Shown one piece after another: positions 17,442 to 26,426 of a stretch of 64,000 nucleotides of DNA (the stretch's first letter is position 1; every line of letters begins with the position of its first letter). A program made the position numbers and the translations under genes. Source of the stretch: a virus (taxonomy: Duplodnaviria > Caudoviricetes); the IMG/VR virus record IMGVR_UViG_3300044854_000085, positions 20,757 to 84,756 of that record; one strand, 5' to 3'. The notes under the pieces were generated by a model. That model was not told the DNA's origin. It did not search any database and was given only the letters and a program-made list of their open reading frames with translations.

Positions 17442-17900
17442 ATGGCTGGCCAAAACGGCGCAATTGTCCTTCTGAAGGTCAACGTTTCCACTTCCTCTGG
17501 AGACGATTTCCAATTCATTGGAGGGCAAACCAACCTTTCCATCAACGAAACCACGGCAGAAATCGACGTTTCCGACAAGCTCTCCGGACGCTTGGGTGAA
17601 CGCGTTCCCGGCCGCGCGAAAGCGAACGTGTCGGTGAACCTGCACTTCCTGCGGAGCGATCCGACGATCGTGTACCTCAAGGACAAGTACAGAAACCGCG
17701 AACAGATCGAAGTCATGGTCTTCGACCGCGCGAACCTGGACGCCGTCGACTCGGTGGGCGAAATCACCGGCGACAGCGTCGAATCCGCGAGCGGCATCAT
17801 CGTCAACTTCAGCGAAACCCATCCCGATCAGGACAAGTCCACAGTCAGCTTGGAAATCTCGCTGAACAACGACTGGGTCCCTGCTTCGTCTGGCGAGTAG
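17442..17900 (+). CDS. Major tail tube protein (TP901-1/lambda-like)
   Basis: NGAIVLLKV, IGGQTNLSINETTAEIDVSDK, TVSLEIS. Confidence 0.85.
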   Translation: MAGQNGAIVLLKVNVSTSSGDDFQFIGGQTNLSINETTAEIDVSDKLSGRLGERVPGRAKANVSVNLHFLRSDPTIVYLKDKYRNREQIEVMVFDRANLDAVDSVGEITGDSVESASGIIVNFSETHPDQDKSTVSLEISLNNDWVPASSGE

Positions 17901-17919
17901 ACCCGAAAGGAACCACTAA

Positions 17920-18381
17920 ATGAATCCCGAACGCACGATTGAAATCGGCGGCCGCGCCTACCCGCTCCTGTTTTCCACCAACGCTGTCTATCAGCTCGAG
18001 CTGAAACTGCGGCAGGACAACATGGGCACGCTCGGATCTTTCCTCCAGCGTGTTGCTGCGGGACAGGCCGGACCGGTCGAACTCCATTTGTTGCTTTGGG
18101 CGTGCATGGAAGGGGGCCGGCGGAAAACCGGCTTCCGTCCGATTCCCTTCACGCTCGATGAAGTCGGCGATCTGATCGATGACGCCGGCGGTATCGTCAC
18201 ACTGGCTTCCAAACTGAGCGACGCGGTCGCCGCGGCCAGTCCCGATTCCAAGGACGACAACTCAAAAAACGAACAGTCGGCGAAGAGTGGGACTGGAAAA
18301 CGCTCCTCGCCCAGGCGCTCCGCACGGGCATCGGAATCGACGAATTCTGGAACCGAAGCTTCGGCGAACTCGAGCTCCTGA
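17920..18381 (+). CDS. Tail assembly chaperone G
   Basis: TIEIGGRAYPLLFSTNAVYQLE; between the tube and tape measure genes. Confidence 0.85.
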   Translation: MNPERTIEIGGRAYPLLFSTNAVYQLELKLRQDNMGTLGSFLQRVAAGQAGPVELHLLLWACMEGGRRKTGFRPIPFTLDEVGDLIDDAGGIVTLASKLSDAVAAASPDSKDDNSKNEQSAKSGTGKRSSPRRSARASESTNSGTEASANSSS

Positions 18382-18638
18382 TTTCCGCCTGGCTGTGGCG
18401 GCAGGAACGCGAACGGGACGTCGCCAAAACGATGGCATGGCTGACGGCCGCACTCGGCCGGGCATCCCCGATGCCATCGATTGAGAAGCTCCTGGATCAC
18501 AAACCGCCTCAGGCATCGCTCGAAGAAATCGAGCAGCAGCGCGCCTTCGAAGACAAGGTGAAGCGCGCATTCATAACCACTGAACAACGACGCGGGCCTC
18601 TGAAACGACGGCCTGCCCGCATCCCCTCATCCGCATAA
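18264..18638 (+). CDS. Tail assembly chaperone T, reached by -1 frameshift at A AAA AAC (18264-18270)
   Basis: Slippery heptamer in the G frame; the -1 frame stays open (KRTVGEEWDWKTLL...DEFWNRSFGELE...MAWLTAA) to the 18638 stop. Confidence 0.8.
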   Translation, partial: KKRTVGEEWDWKTLLAQALRTGIGIDEFWNRSFGELELLISAWLWRQERERDVAKTMAWLTAALGRASPMPSIEKLLDHKPPQASLEEIEQQRAFEDKVKRAFITTEQRRGPLKRRPARIPSSA

Positions 18639-18647
18639 AAACCGAAC

Positions 18648-21600
18648 ATGAGTGACAACAGTCTCGGACAACTTGGCTCCGCCGCAGTCGCGATCGTTGC
18701 GGATCTCTCTACGCTCAAGCCCGGCCTCGATAGCGCCAAAACGCCCGTGCAGGAGGCCGCTCGATCCCTCGGCGATCTCTTCACGAAGGAATTCCAAAAG
18801 GCGCTGAAGGACAGCAATGAAAACCCGCTCGCGAAATTCGGAGAGAACCTCACCGAAATGGGCGGGAAAGCCAAGGAAGCCGGCAAAGCGTTAACCGAGC
18901 TGGCTGTCCCCTTCGAGATCATCGGCGGTGGGGCTTTCGAAGCCGCCGAGAAGATCGAAGCGGCGATGAACACCATCCGTGTCGGTACCGGAGCCACGGG
19001 GGAAAAACTGGAAGAGTTGGGAGCCAGCTTCAAAACAGTCTTTGCGGCTGTTCCCAATTCAACCGAAGACGTCGGCCGCGCCATCGCCGATCTTCACGTC
19101 CGCGCGGATCTTTCCGGCAAGGCACTGGAAGAGATGGCGACGCAATTGTTGAACGTGTCGCGCATCACGAAGGGCGACATCGGCGCCAACGTCTCTGCCA
19201 CCACGCGCTTGTTCCGCGGCTGGACCGACGCGGCTAAGGACCAGGCCGGAAGCCTCGATTACCTGTTCAAGGTCTCTCAGCAGACCAATATCGGCTTTAC
19301 GACCCTCAATGATTTGATGGTTCGCTTCAAGGTTCCGCTCCAACAGCTCGGATTCGATTTCGAGCACTCCGCGGCGATGCTCGGCAATTTCGAAAAAGCG
19401 GGCGTCAATGTGGATCAGGCCATGATGGCGCTCAGCCTCGGCTTGAACACGCTCGCCGAACACGGCGCGCAGGATGCGGGCGCGACGATGGGATTGCTCT
19501 TCGACAAGATTAAGCACGCCAAGTCGGATGTCGAAGGGACCGCGATCGCGATCAAAGTCTTCGGCGCTCGCGCAGGCAAGGAACTCGGCGCCGCCATTCG
19601 CTCGGGAAAACTCGACGTCGACGGTTTCGTCGAAAGCCTGAAGAACAACAAAGAGACCATCAACGCGGCCGCTGAAGACGCGAAGACCTTCGGTGACAAA
19701 ATCGCCGAGCTCGGTCACAAGATGATGGAAGCCCTGGCTCCGCTCGGACTCACCATCAAGAAATCTCTCGAGAGCTGGATGCCGACGATTCAGTCGGCCA
19801 TCGGCACGGTCGCCAAACTTGTCGAAGGATTCGGCCATCTGCCGCAATCTCTGCAAACCATCATCCTGGTCGGTGGCGCACTCGCTGCGGCCGCCGGTCC
19901 GACGCTATTCGGCATCGGACTGTTGAGCTCCATTGTCGGCGAAGCCATCGCGGGACTCTCGGCGCTGGCTGGCGTGTTCGCGGGAATCGCGGCCGTCGCT
20001 GCGCCCGTGGCCGCGCCGATCGCCGTTGTTGTCGCTGCACTCGCAGCACTCGGCGGCGCCGCGTATCTGGTCTATAAGAATTGGGACACGGTCAAAGGCG
20101 CATTGGTCGGCGTCTGGAACTCCGTCAAGGGCGCCGTCCTGCCCGCGGTTACAGGAATCGAAAAGGCGCTGACCGACACGTGGAACGAAATCCGCGAGAC
20201 GCTCAAACACACCTGGGCGGACATCGTATCGAACGCCTCGGGCGCATGGTCTTCCCTTAAAACGTCAATCGCCCCGATATTGGAAGCAGTCAAAGACCTT
20301 TGGGACCGCTGGGGCGGCACGATCCTTTCGGGCATGGCCACCGTGCGTGATGGGATTGGCGTCGTATTCAGCACGATCGGCAGCATCGTGGGCAACGCGT
20401 TCCGCGCCGTCGGCGCCGTCATCGCAGGAGCTCTCAACGCGATTGTTCCGCTGGTGAAAATCTTCGTCGGTGGATTGACCGGCAACTGGTCGCTGGCGTG
20501 GGAAGGCATGCAAGGCGTCGTGAAGGCCGCGTGGGGTGCGATCAGCGGCGTCGTGTCGGCAGGCCTGAAAATCGTCGCCGACTACATCAACAACTTCCTC
20601 GGCTTCTGGGCCACCACCGCAAGCAAGGTTGCATCGGCATTGCCGTCGGCCGTATCCGGCCCGGTACAAACGCTGGCCGACAAACTCAGAAGCGGCGCCG
20701 ATGCCGCCAAAGGTTTCGGCGACGCGCTGCAATCCTCCGCTCCGAAAACCGCGCAGGCGGCCGGTGAAATCAAGAAGGTCGGCGAGAGCTCCAAAGAAGC
20801 GGCGACGGCGGCCGGCGAACACGGCAAGGCAATTGGCGAGGCCGCGAAAGCCACAGCAGAACATGGCAAGGCGGCAAAGGCGAGCGCCCACGATCAGGAC
20901 GTTCTCAACGCCGTTATGACCGGCACGAAGACCGCGGCGGAGCAGTATGACGAAAAGCTGAAGGAAATGAAGAAGTCGCTTACGGAGGCCAACTTCGAAG
21001 CGCGGGCCCTGAGCGAAATCCTCCTCTATGCCCAAAAGAACCACATTTCCGCGACGGTCGTACTGTCCAAGTTTGGCGAGCAGATCCGCTCCACGGTCGA
21101 AAATCTCATGGGAGAAGGCAAGGCGGTCAAGTCCGACCTTGCGGCCTGGTACGACAAAGCGAAGGTTTACGAACTCACGACCGCCGCGCTGAAGAAATTC
21201 GGCGACGCCGCGCACGAGCCCAAGGTTCTCGCCGACGCATTCAACGAACTGTCGAAATCGATCGGACCCACAAAGGCGCTGGAAGCCGTCAGCCAGCATC
21301 TGACCGCGATGCGCGAGAGCGCAATCAAGGCGGGCGAGGCTGTGCCGCAGGTTCTCGATGCGACCGGCAAAGACCTGATCAAGCTGAACGAAACGTCGAA
21401 GGTGACGGCCGCAATCCGCACCAGCATCGACAGCATGTGGCAGTCGATCTCGCAGGGGCGCGACGCCGGATCCACGCTCGAAACGAAGTTCAAAGGACTG
21501 ACTCACGACGGCGCCACCGTCGATGAAGCCATCAAGGCTTTGAGCAGCGACATCGAACAGATGTCCGCTCGCGCGCGCGCGGCCGGCGAACCACTGTCGG

Positions 21601-24071
21601 CTTTCGTCCAGGATCTCGTCCGCACCAAAGAAGTCACCACGGCCGTTGAAGAGGCCATGAAGAAATTGGGCGAGCAGCACGATGCCCCGGAAGCGATCGC
21701 CGCGACGTTTGCGGCAGTGCTTTCGAAAACCAATTCCATCCCCGCTGCGCTGGATGCGGTTCGCGACAAACTGAATGCCGTTCGCGCTGAAGCGGTAAAG
21801 ACGGGCAAGGACCTCGGGAATCTGAACGTGATCGCGGTTCTTGACGACAATACCCAACACGCCGAAGCATTCAAGAAATCGCTCGAAGACATTAAGCGCG
21901 CAACCCAAGAAGCCTCACTCACGCTGGCCGATCTCCGCACACCGGATCGCCGCGAGCAAGTGGTCACCCGCCGCACGCAAAACGTCGTCACGACAAGCGA
22001 ACTCCATCAGGCCGAAGCCAGCGTCAATCTCGACGCCTTCAAACGCGCCGCCGCCGAGTATCTCGCCGAAGGCAAGTCGATGGCGGAAGTCACGCAACTG
22101 ATCGGATCCGATTACGTTGCGGCCGCCGAGACGGCGCGCAAGTATGGCATTGCCATTGACGAAACCACGCAGCAGCAACTGAAGCAGATCGCCGTGCAGC
22201 AAATGGCGACCAAGGGCCTGGAGGACATCGAACGGCTCAAACAATTGCCCGATATCGTCGTGAATGCCGTCCAGCAGATGTGGCTTGCCGGCGCGAATTG
22301 GGACGCCATCATCAAGGTCCTTGGGCCCGACATTATCGCAGCGTCGGAAGCAGCAAAAGAGCTGCACCTGCAATTACCCAAGACCACAAAAGATCAACTG
22401 GAAGCGGCGGCCGCCGATGCACGGCGCGCGCAGGCTGCAAAGGAATTCCAGCAGGCGATGACGCAGGCGATGGGCCAGCTCATCGCGGATTTCAACCGCG
22501 GACTCACCGATGCGATTTTCCACGCGAAATCCTTCGGCGAGGCGATTAAGGATGTTTTTCTCAACGCGAGCAAAAACATCACGACCATCATCCTGACGCA
22601 AATGACCGCGCCGCTAACCGAGGCGATGCAGGGCCTCGGCAAAAAGTTGGCCGGCCTGTTCAGCGATGGTGGCGTGTTCGGTAATCTATTCAACAAACTC
22701 GGAGACAAGATCAGCGGGATGTTCGGCGGCCTTGGAGAAAACGCCGGCAAGAAAATTGGCGGCCTCATCGGTAGTGTGGCCGGGCCACTCGCCGCCGCTG
22801 GCATCGGCGCCGCGATCTCCGCCATCACGAACGCCATTGGCAAAGGCCGGCGCACCGCCAACAAATTCGGGGAAGAAGTTCAGAATCCCTTCGGGGCCGA
22901 TTTAGGCAAGGATGTCGCCGCGTTCAATGCGCTGGCCAGCAGCGGACATGCGAGCGCGAAGCAATTGTTGGATGCATACAACAACGTCCGTTCGCTGATT
23001 GACCAGTTCAAAACGGACGCCGGCGCCTTCGCGGCTAAAGGGAGCACCGAAGCAAAAGTCGTCAAGCAGGCATGGGACACCATGACCCAGAACTTCGGCC
23101 CGGATTTCGTCAAAATCCTCGGGCCGATGGGCGACAAATTGAAAGAACTGGGCGTGGATGTAACCCAGAGCGCCGGCGATATCGACAAGGCCGCCCAAGT
23201 TCTCGATAACTTCGAAAGTTCCGTTGAATCGATTGTTAGTCAAACCACGGCGAGCGCCGACAGCGCCGACGTTCTCGTGGAAGCGATCAAGCGCCTTCAG
23301 GACGCCGGCGTTCCGCTCAAGGTCATCCTGGATGCCAATGGGGACGCGATCCGCAACGCCGTCGATCAACTGAAGGATCTCGGCCGGGACGTTCCCGACA
23401 CCCTACAACAGATGGCCGATGCGATCGACCAGCTCGGCGATTCGGCAGCGGAAGGAACGCGGAAGTTTAACGACGCCGTTGCGTCGATCGTCAGTTCAAC
23501 GACCAGCTACGCCGACAATGCCAACGTGCTGGAAGAGGCGTTGAAGCAACTGATCGCGAAAGGCACGCCGACCAGTCTGATCATCGACGCTAACGGTGAT
23601 GCGATCGCAAAAACGGCCGCTCAATTGACGGCGCTCGGTAAAGACGTTCCACCGAACATCGCCGCATTGGCGGATCAGATTGCAAAGACGTCGAAAGCGG
23701 CGAAGGATGCAACGACCAACCTGGCCGGCAACGGCGTGGAAAAGATGCTGCACGATTACGCGGCCGCCTATGCTCACGGCTTCGAAGTCGCGAACCGCCT
23801 CAGCCCGTCCGGATCGTCGCTCGCCTATCACGCCGCAACAACCGGCAACTTCAACCCGTCGGTCGGTACGATCTCCGGAGTGAACACAACCGGCCAACCC
23901 GCAACTGTCAATGTCCAGCATCAAGGCGTTGTCGTCAACATCAACGGCGACGCATCCAAGGACGTGATTGACAAGATCACCACGGCCCTGGAAACCAACC
24001 AGCGGCAGTTCCTCGATAAAACAGTGCTCTCGATCAAGAGAGTCTGGAACGGAGTCGGCCCGACGCGGTAG
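18648..24071 (+). CDS. Tape measure protein
   Basis: 1807 aa, Ala-rich and helical, TP901-like N-terminal domain, W-periodic repeats; canonical position. Confidence 0.95.
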   Translation: MSDNSLGQLGSAAVAIVADLSTLKPGLDSAKTPVQEAARSLGDLFTKEFQKALKDSNENPLAKFGENLTEMGGKAKEAGKALTELAVPFEIIGGGAFEAAEKIEAAMNTIRVGTGATGEKLEELGASFKTVFAAVPNSTEDVGRAIADLHVRADLSGKALEEMATQLLNVSRITKGDIGANVSATTRLFRGWTDAAKDQAGSLDYLFKVSQQTNIGFTTLNDLMVRFKVPLQQLGFDFEHSAAMLGNFEKAGVNVDQAMMALSLGLNTLAEHGAQDAGATMGLLFDKIKHAKSDVEGTAIAIKVFGARAGKELGAAIRSGKLDVDGFVESLKNNKETINAAAEDAKTFGDKIAELGHKMMEALAPLGLTIKKSLESWMPTIQSAIGTVAKLVEGFGHLPQSLQTIILVGGALAAAAGPTLFGIGLLSSIVGEAIAGLSALAGVFAGIAAVAAPVAAPIAVVVAALAALGGAAYLVYKNWDTVKGALVGVWNSVKGAVLPAVTGIEKALTDTWNEIRETLKHTWADIVSNASGAWSSLKTSIAPILEAVKDLWDRWGGTILSGMATVRDGIGVVFSTIGSIVGNAFRAVGAVIAGALNAIVPLVKIFVGGLTGNWSLAWEGMQGVVKAAWGAISGVVSAGLKIVADYINNFLGFWATTASKVASALPSAVSGPVQTLADKLRSGADAAKGFGDALQSSAPKTAQAAGEIKKVGESSKEAATAAGEHGKAIGEAAKATAEHGKAAKASAHDQDVLNAVMTGTKTAAEQYDEKLKEMKKSLTEANFEARALSEILLYAQKNHISATVVLSKFGEQIRSTVENLMGEGKAVKSDLAAWYDKAKVYELTTAALKKFGDAAHEPKVLADAFNELSKSIGPTKALEAVSQHLTAMRESAIKAGEAVPQVLDATGKDLIKLNETSKVTAAIRTSIDSMWQSISQGRDAGSTLETKFKGLTHDGATVDEAIKALSSDIEQMSARARAAGEPLSAFVQDLVRTKEVTTAVEEAMKKLGEQHDAPEAIAATFAAVLSKTNSIPAALDAVRDKLNAVRAEAVKTGKDLGNLNVIAVLDDNTQHAEAFKKSLEDIKRATQEASLTLADLRTPDRREQVVTRRTQNVVTTSELHQAEASVNLDAFKRAAAEYLAEGKSMAEVTQLIGSDYVAAAETARKYGIAIDETTQQQLKQIAVQQMATKGLEDIERLKQLPDIVVNAVQQMWLAGANWDAIIKVLGPDIIAASEAAKELHLQLPKTTKDQLEAAAADARRAQAAKEFQQAMTQAMGQLIADFNRGLTDAIFHAKSFGEAIKDVFLNASKNITTIILTQMTAPLTEAMQGLGKKLAGLFSDGGVFGNLFNKLGDKISGMFGGLGENAGKKIGGLIGSVAGPLAAAGIGAAISAITNAIGKGRRTANKFGEEVQNPFGADLGKDVAAFNALASSGHASAKQLLDAYNNVRSLIDQFKTDAGAFAAKGSTEAKVVKQAWDTMTQNFGPDFVKILGPMGDKLKELGVDVTQSAGDIDKAAQVLDNFESSVESIVSQTTASADSADVLVEAIKRLQDAGVPLKVILDANGDAIRNAVDQLKDLGRDVPDTLQQMADAIDQLGDSAAEGTRKFNDAVASIVSSTTSYADNANVLEEALKQLIAKGTPTSLIIDANGDAIAKTAAQLTALGKDVPPNIAALADQIAKTSKAAKDATTNLAGNGVEKMLHDYAAAYAHGFEVANRLSPSGSSLAYHAATTGNFNPSVGTISGVNTTGQPATVNVQHQGVVVNINGDASKDVIDKITTALETNQRQFLDKTVLSIKRVWNGVGPTR

Positions 24072-24088
24072 GAGAACCCTTCTCCGAC
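24068..24088. repeat. Dispersed motif, inverted pair GTAGGAGAA-CCC-TTCTCCGAC overlapping the tape measure stop
   Basis: Read directly. Confidence 0.8.
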
Positions 24089-24101
24089 CCTTCCGAGAAC
24101 C

Positions 24102-24881
24102 ATGAAGAAGCCTGCATATTTTCTCGCCAACTTCCTTGCATCGGCCGCGGCGATCACCACGTCGACGGAGGATGATCTGTTCGTGAAGGCGAACCTGTAC
24201 GACCAGATCGCCGGCAAGCCGTTCAAGTTCACGTCATCGACGACGGGCTATATCGAAATCGATCACGGCGCCGCGGCCACATACGACACCATCGCGATCA
24301 TCGGCCACAACCTCACGGCCGAATCCTCGGTGGTTGTCAAAGGCGGTGCAGCGGCCAATCCGTCGACGGTGATTGAAACGGCCGAATACCGGGAAGACTG
24401 TTTGTGGATCGACCTGGGCTCGCGCAACGAGCGTTACACGCGCGTCGTGTTCACGGATACGAATCCGGACAAGATCACGATCGGAGAAATCGTGCTCGGC
24501 ACGCGCATTGAATTGCCGCGCGCTCCACGGTTCGGCGTCCAGGCGTCGCGTGAAGAAATGGATCTCGCCTTCGAGACCGTGCGCAGAGTCGAATCGGTTT
24601 ACAAACTCGGCGGCCGCGAGCGCCGCAAGTATGCGTTCCGGTTTCCGCAATCCGAATACGACGATTTCCGCGACATGCACATGGCCGTGGGCGGGCAGGC
24701 CGCGCCGTTTGTCTGGATCCCGGATCAGGACGGAGCTGAAGTCTTCTACGTTCGCAAGCAGGCTGGTTTCGACCCGCGCGCTTCGGAAGAACCGGCTCAG
24801 GACAGCGACGGTTTGGACGAAATCTACGATTACGACCTGGAGCTGCGCGAAGAAGTCCACGGCGTTCTCGTGCTCTCGTAA
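24102..24881 (+). CDS. Distal tail / tail tip protein (putative)
   Basis: First gene after the tape measure; beta-rich; PFVWIPD motif. Confidence 0.6.
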   Translation: MKKPAYFLANFLASAAAITTSTEDDLFVKANLYDQIAGKPFKFTSSTTGYIEIDHGAAATYDTIAIIGHNLTAESSVVVKGGAAANPSTVIETAEYREDCLWIDLGSRNERYTRVVFTDTNPDKITIGEIVLGTRIELPRAPRFGVQASREEMDLAFETVRRVESVYKLGGRERRKYAFRFPQSEYDDFRDMHMAVGGQAAPFVWIPDQDGAEVFYVRKQAGFDPRASEEPAQDSDGLDEIYDYDLELREEVHGVLVLS

Positions 24882-24930
24882 CGCGTCGCGTTATTACCGC
24901 AACCCATAATCGACCGGAAATCATCCCAAA

Positions 24931-26001
24931 ATGCTTTTACTCGCAGATTCGTTTGACTACATCGCAAGCCCGACCGAACGCGGTTGGATCGCCAATTACT
25001 CCGGAGGCGGCAATTACCCGCCATCGATCGATGCCGGCACGGGCCGCCGGGGATCCAACAGCCTCAAGATCAACGGCAACTATTCGCACCTGCAACGGTC
25101 AATTCCCGGAACGCCGGCGACGTTGATTGCGCAGTGTTCCATCAAACCGCCCGGCGCCCCGCCCACGAACGCCGACTCCGATCCCGCCCACCTTTTCATG
25201 CTTTGGCAGGGCGGCGGCCGCGGCTCGGGAACCACGGCCCAATGTGGATTGGGATTGCTCCCGTCGATGAAGCTGGCTGTCGTTCGCGGCTATCGCGAAC
25301 ACGGTACGTACAGCATCCTCGGTACGACGCCGGACGCGATCAGTCCGTTTTCCACCTGTCACGTTGGATTGAAAATCACGATCGACAATTCAACGGGAGC
25401 CGCGACGGTTTACATCAACGGCGTGGCAGTCCTCACGTTGACGGGCCTGGATACTCAGGTAACGGCCAATGCCTACGCCGACGTGTTCACGCTCGGTCAT
25501 CTGCATAATTTCAACTACATCTACAACGTCGATGACTTTGTCCTGATGGACGATTCCGGATCGAGTTGCAACGATTTCCTCGGTGACCGCGGCGTCTATG
25601 CCGACGTGAACAGCGGAGCGGGATCTAACGCCGACTTCACGCCTTCGACTGGATCCAATGAGGGCAACGTCGACGACGCCACTCCGAACAACGACACCGA
25701 CTACAATAAATCGCCCAACGTCGGGGATAAGGATTCGTTTGTGTTCCCGGATCTGCCCGATGACGTCGATAGCGTCGATGCCGTGTGCATCGACATCATT
25801 GCGAAAAAGACAGACGCCGGCAGCCGCTCGCTTTCCGGATATGCGAAATCCGGCGGCAGCGACGCGGTTGAGGACGACCATCCGCTAAACACCGATTACG
25901 ACCACTTCCAAGGCCACTTCACCGAAGACCCTGCCACATCGGCGGCGTGGCTCCCGTCGGCCGTCAACGATGCCGAACTCGGCTACAAGGTCACCGTCTA
26001 G
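24931..26001 (+). CDS. Virion protein with lectin/ConA-like beta-sandwich (putative)
   Basis: HVGLKITIDNSTGAATVYINGV, VDDFVL; tail-tip context. Confidence 0.55.
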   Translation: MLLLADSFDYIASPTERGWIANYSGGGNYPPSIDAGTGRRGSNSLKINGNYSHLQRSIPGTPATLIAQCSIKPPGAPPTNADSDPAHLFMLWQGGGRGSGTTAQCGLGLLPSMKLAVVRGYREHGTYSILGTTPDAISPFSTCHVGLKITIDNSTGAATVYINGVAVLTLTGLDTQVTANAYADVFTLGHLHNFNYIYNVDDFVLMDDSGSSCNDFLGDRGVYADVNSGAGSNADFTPSTGSNEGNVDDATPNNDTDYNKSPNVGDKDSFVFPDLPDDVDSVDAVCIDIIAKKTDAGSRSLSGYAKSGGSDAVEDDHPLNTDYDHFQGHFTEDPATSAAWLPSAVNDAELGYKVTV

Positions 26002-26002
26002 G

Positions 26003-26410
26003 ATGGGAGTACTCCTACCAATGATTACAGCCGATCAACTCGTCGCTCATGCCGTAGGCGACTACATCTTTCAGTCCGACTGGATGGCGCGCCACAAACG
26101 CCAAAGCGACATCGCCGCGATGGTTCATGCGATTACCTACGCTCTGCCGTTTTTACTGTTTGGTCCTTCTGCTGGGGCCCTGGGCTTCATCGTCGGATCA
26201 CACTTCCTTATCGATCGATTCGGGCTCGCGCGGTACGTGGTCTATGCCAAGAACCTCGTGGCGCCGCGGTTGTTTCGTCGACCTTGGGCGGAATGCGACC
26301 GTACGGGATATCCCGCAACGAGTCCGGATTTTCTGGCGGTCTGGCTCCTAATCATCGCGGACAACATCCTTCACGTTCTCCTGAACGCCGCAGCGCTGCG
26401 CTGGCTATAG
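26003..26410 (+). CDS. DUF3307-like membrane protein
   Basis: LVAHAVGDYIFQSDWMA..K, H..TY, HFLIDR, IIADNILH. Confidence 0.75.
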   Translation: MGVLLPMITADQLVAHAVGDYIFQSDWMARHKRQSDIAAMVHAITYALPFLLFGPSAGALGFIVGSHFLIDRFGLARYVVYAKNLVAPRLFRRPWAECDRTGYPATSPDFLAVWLLIIADNILHVLLNAAALRWL

Positions 26411-26426
26411 CCTTCCAGAAGTTTGA

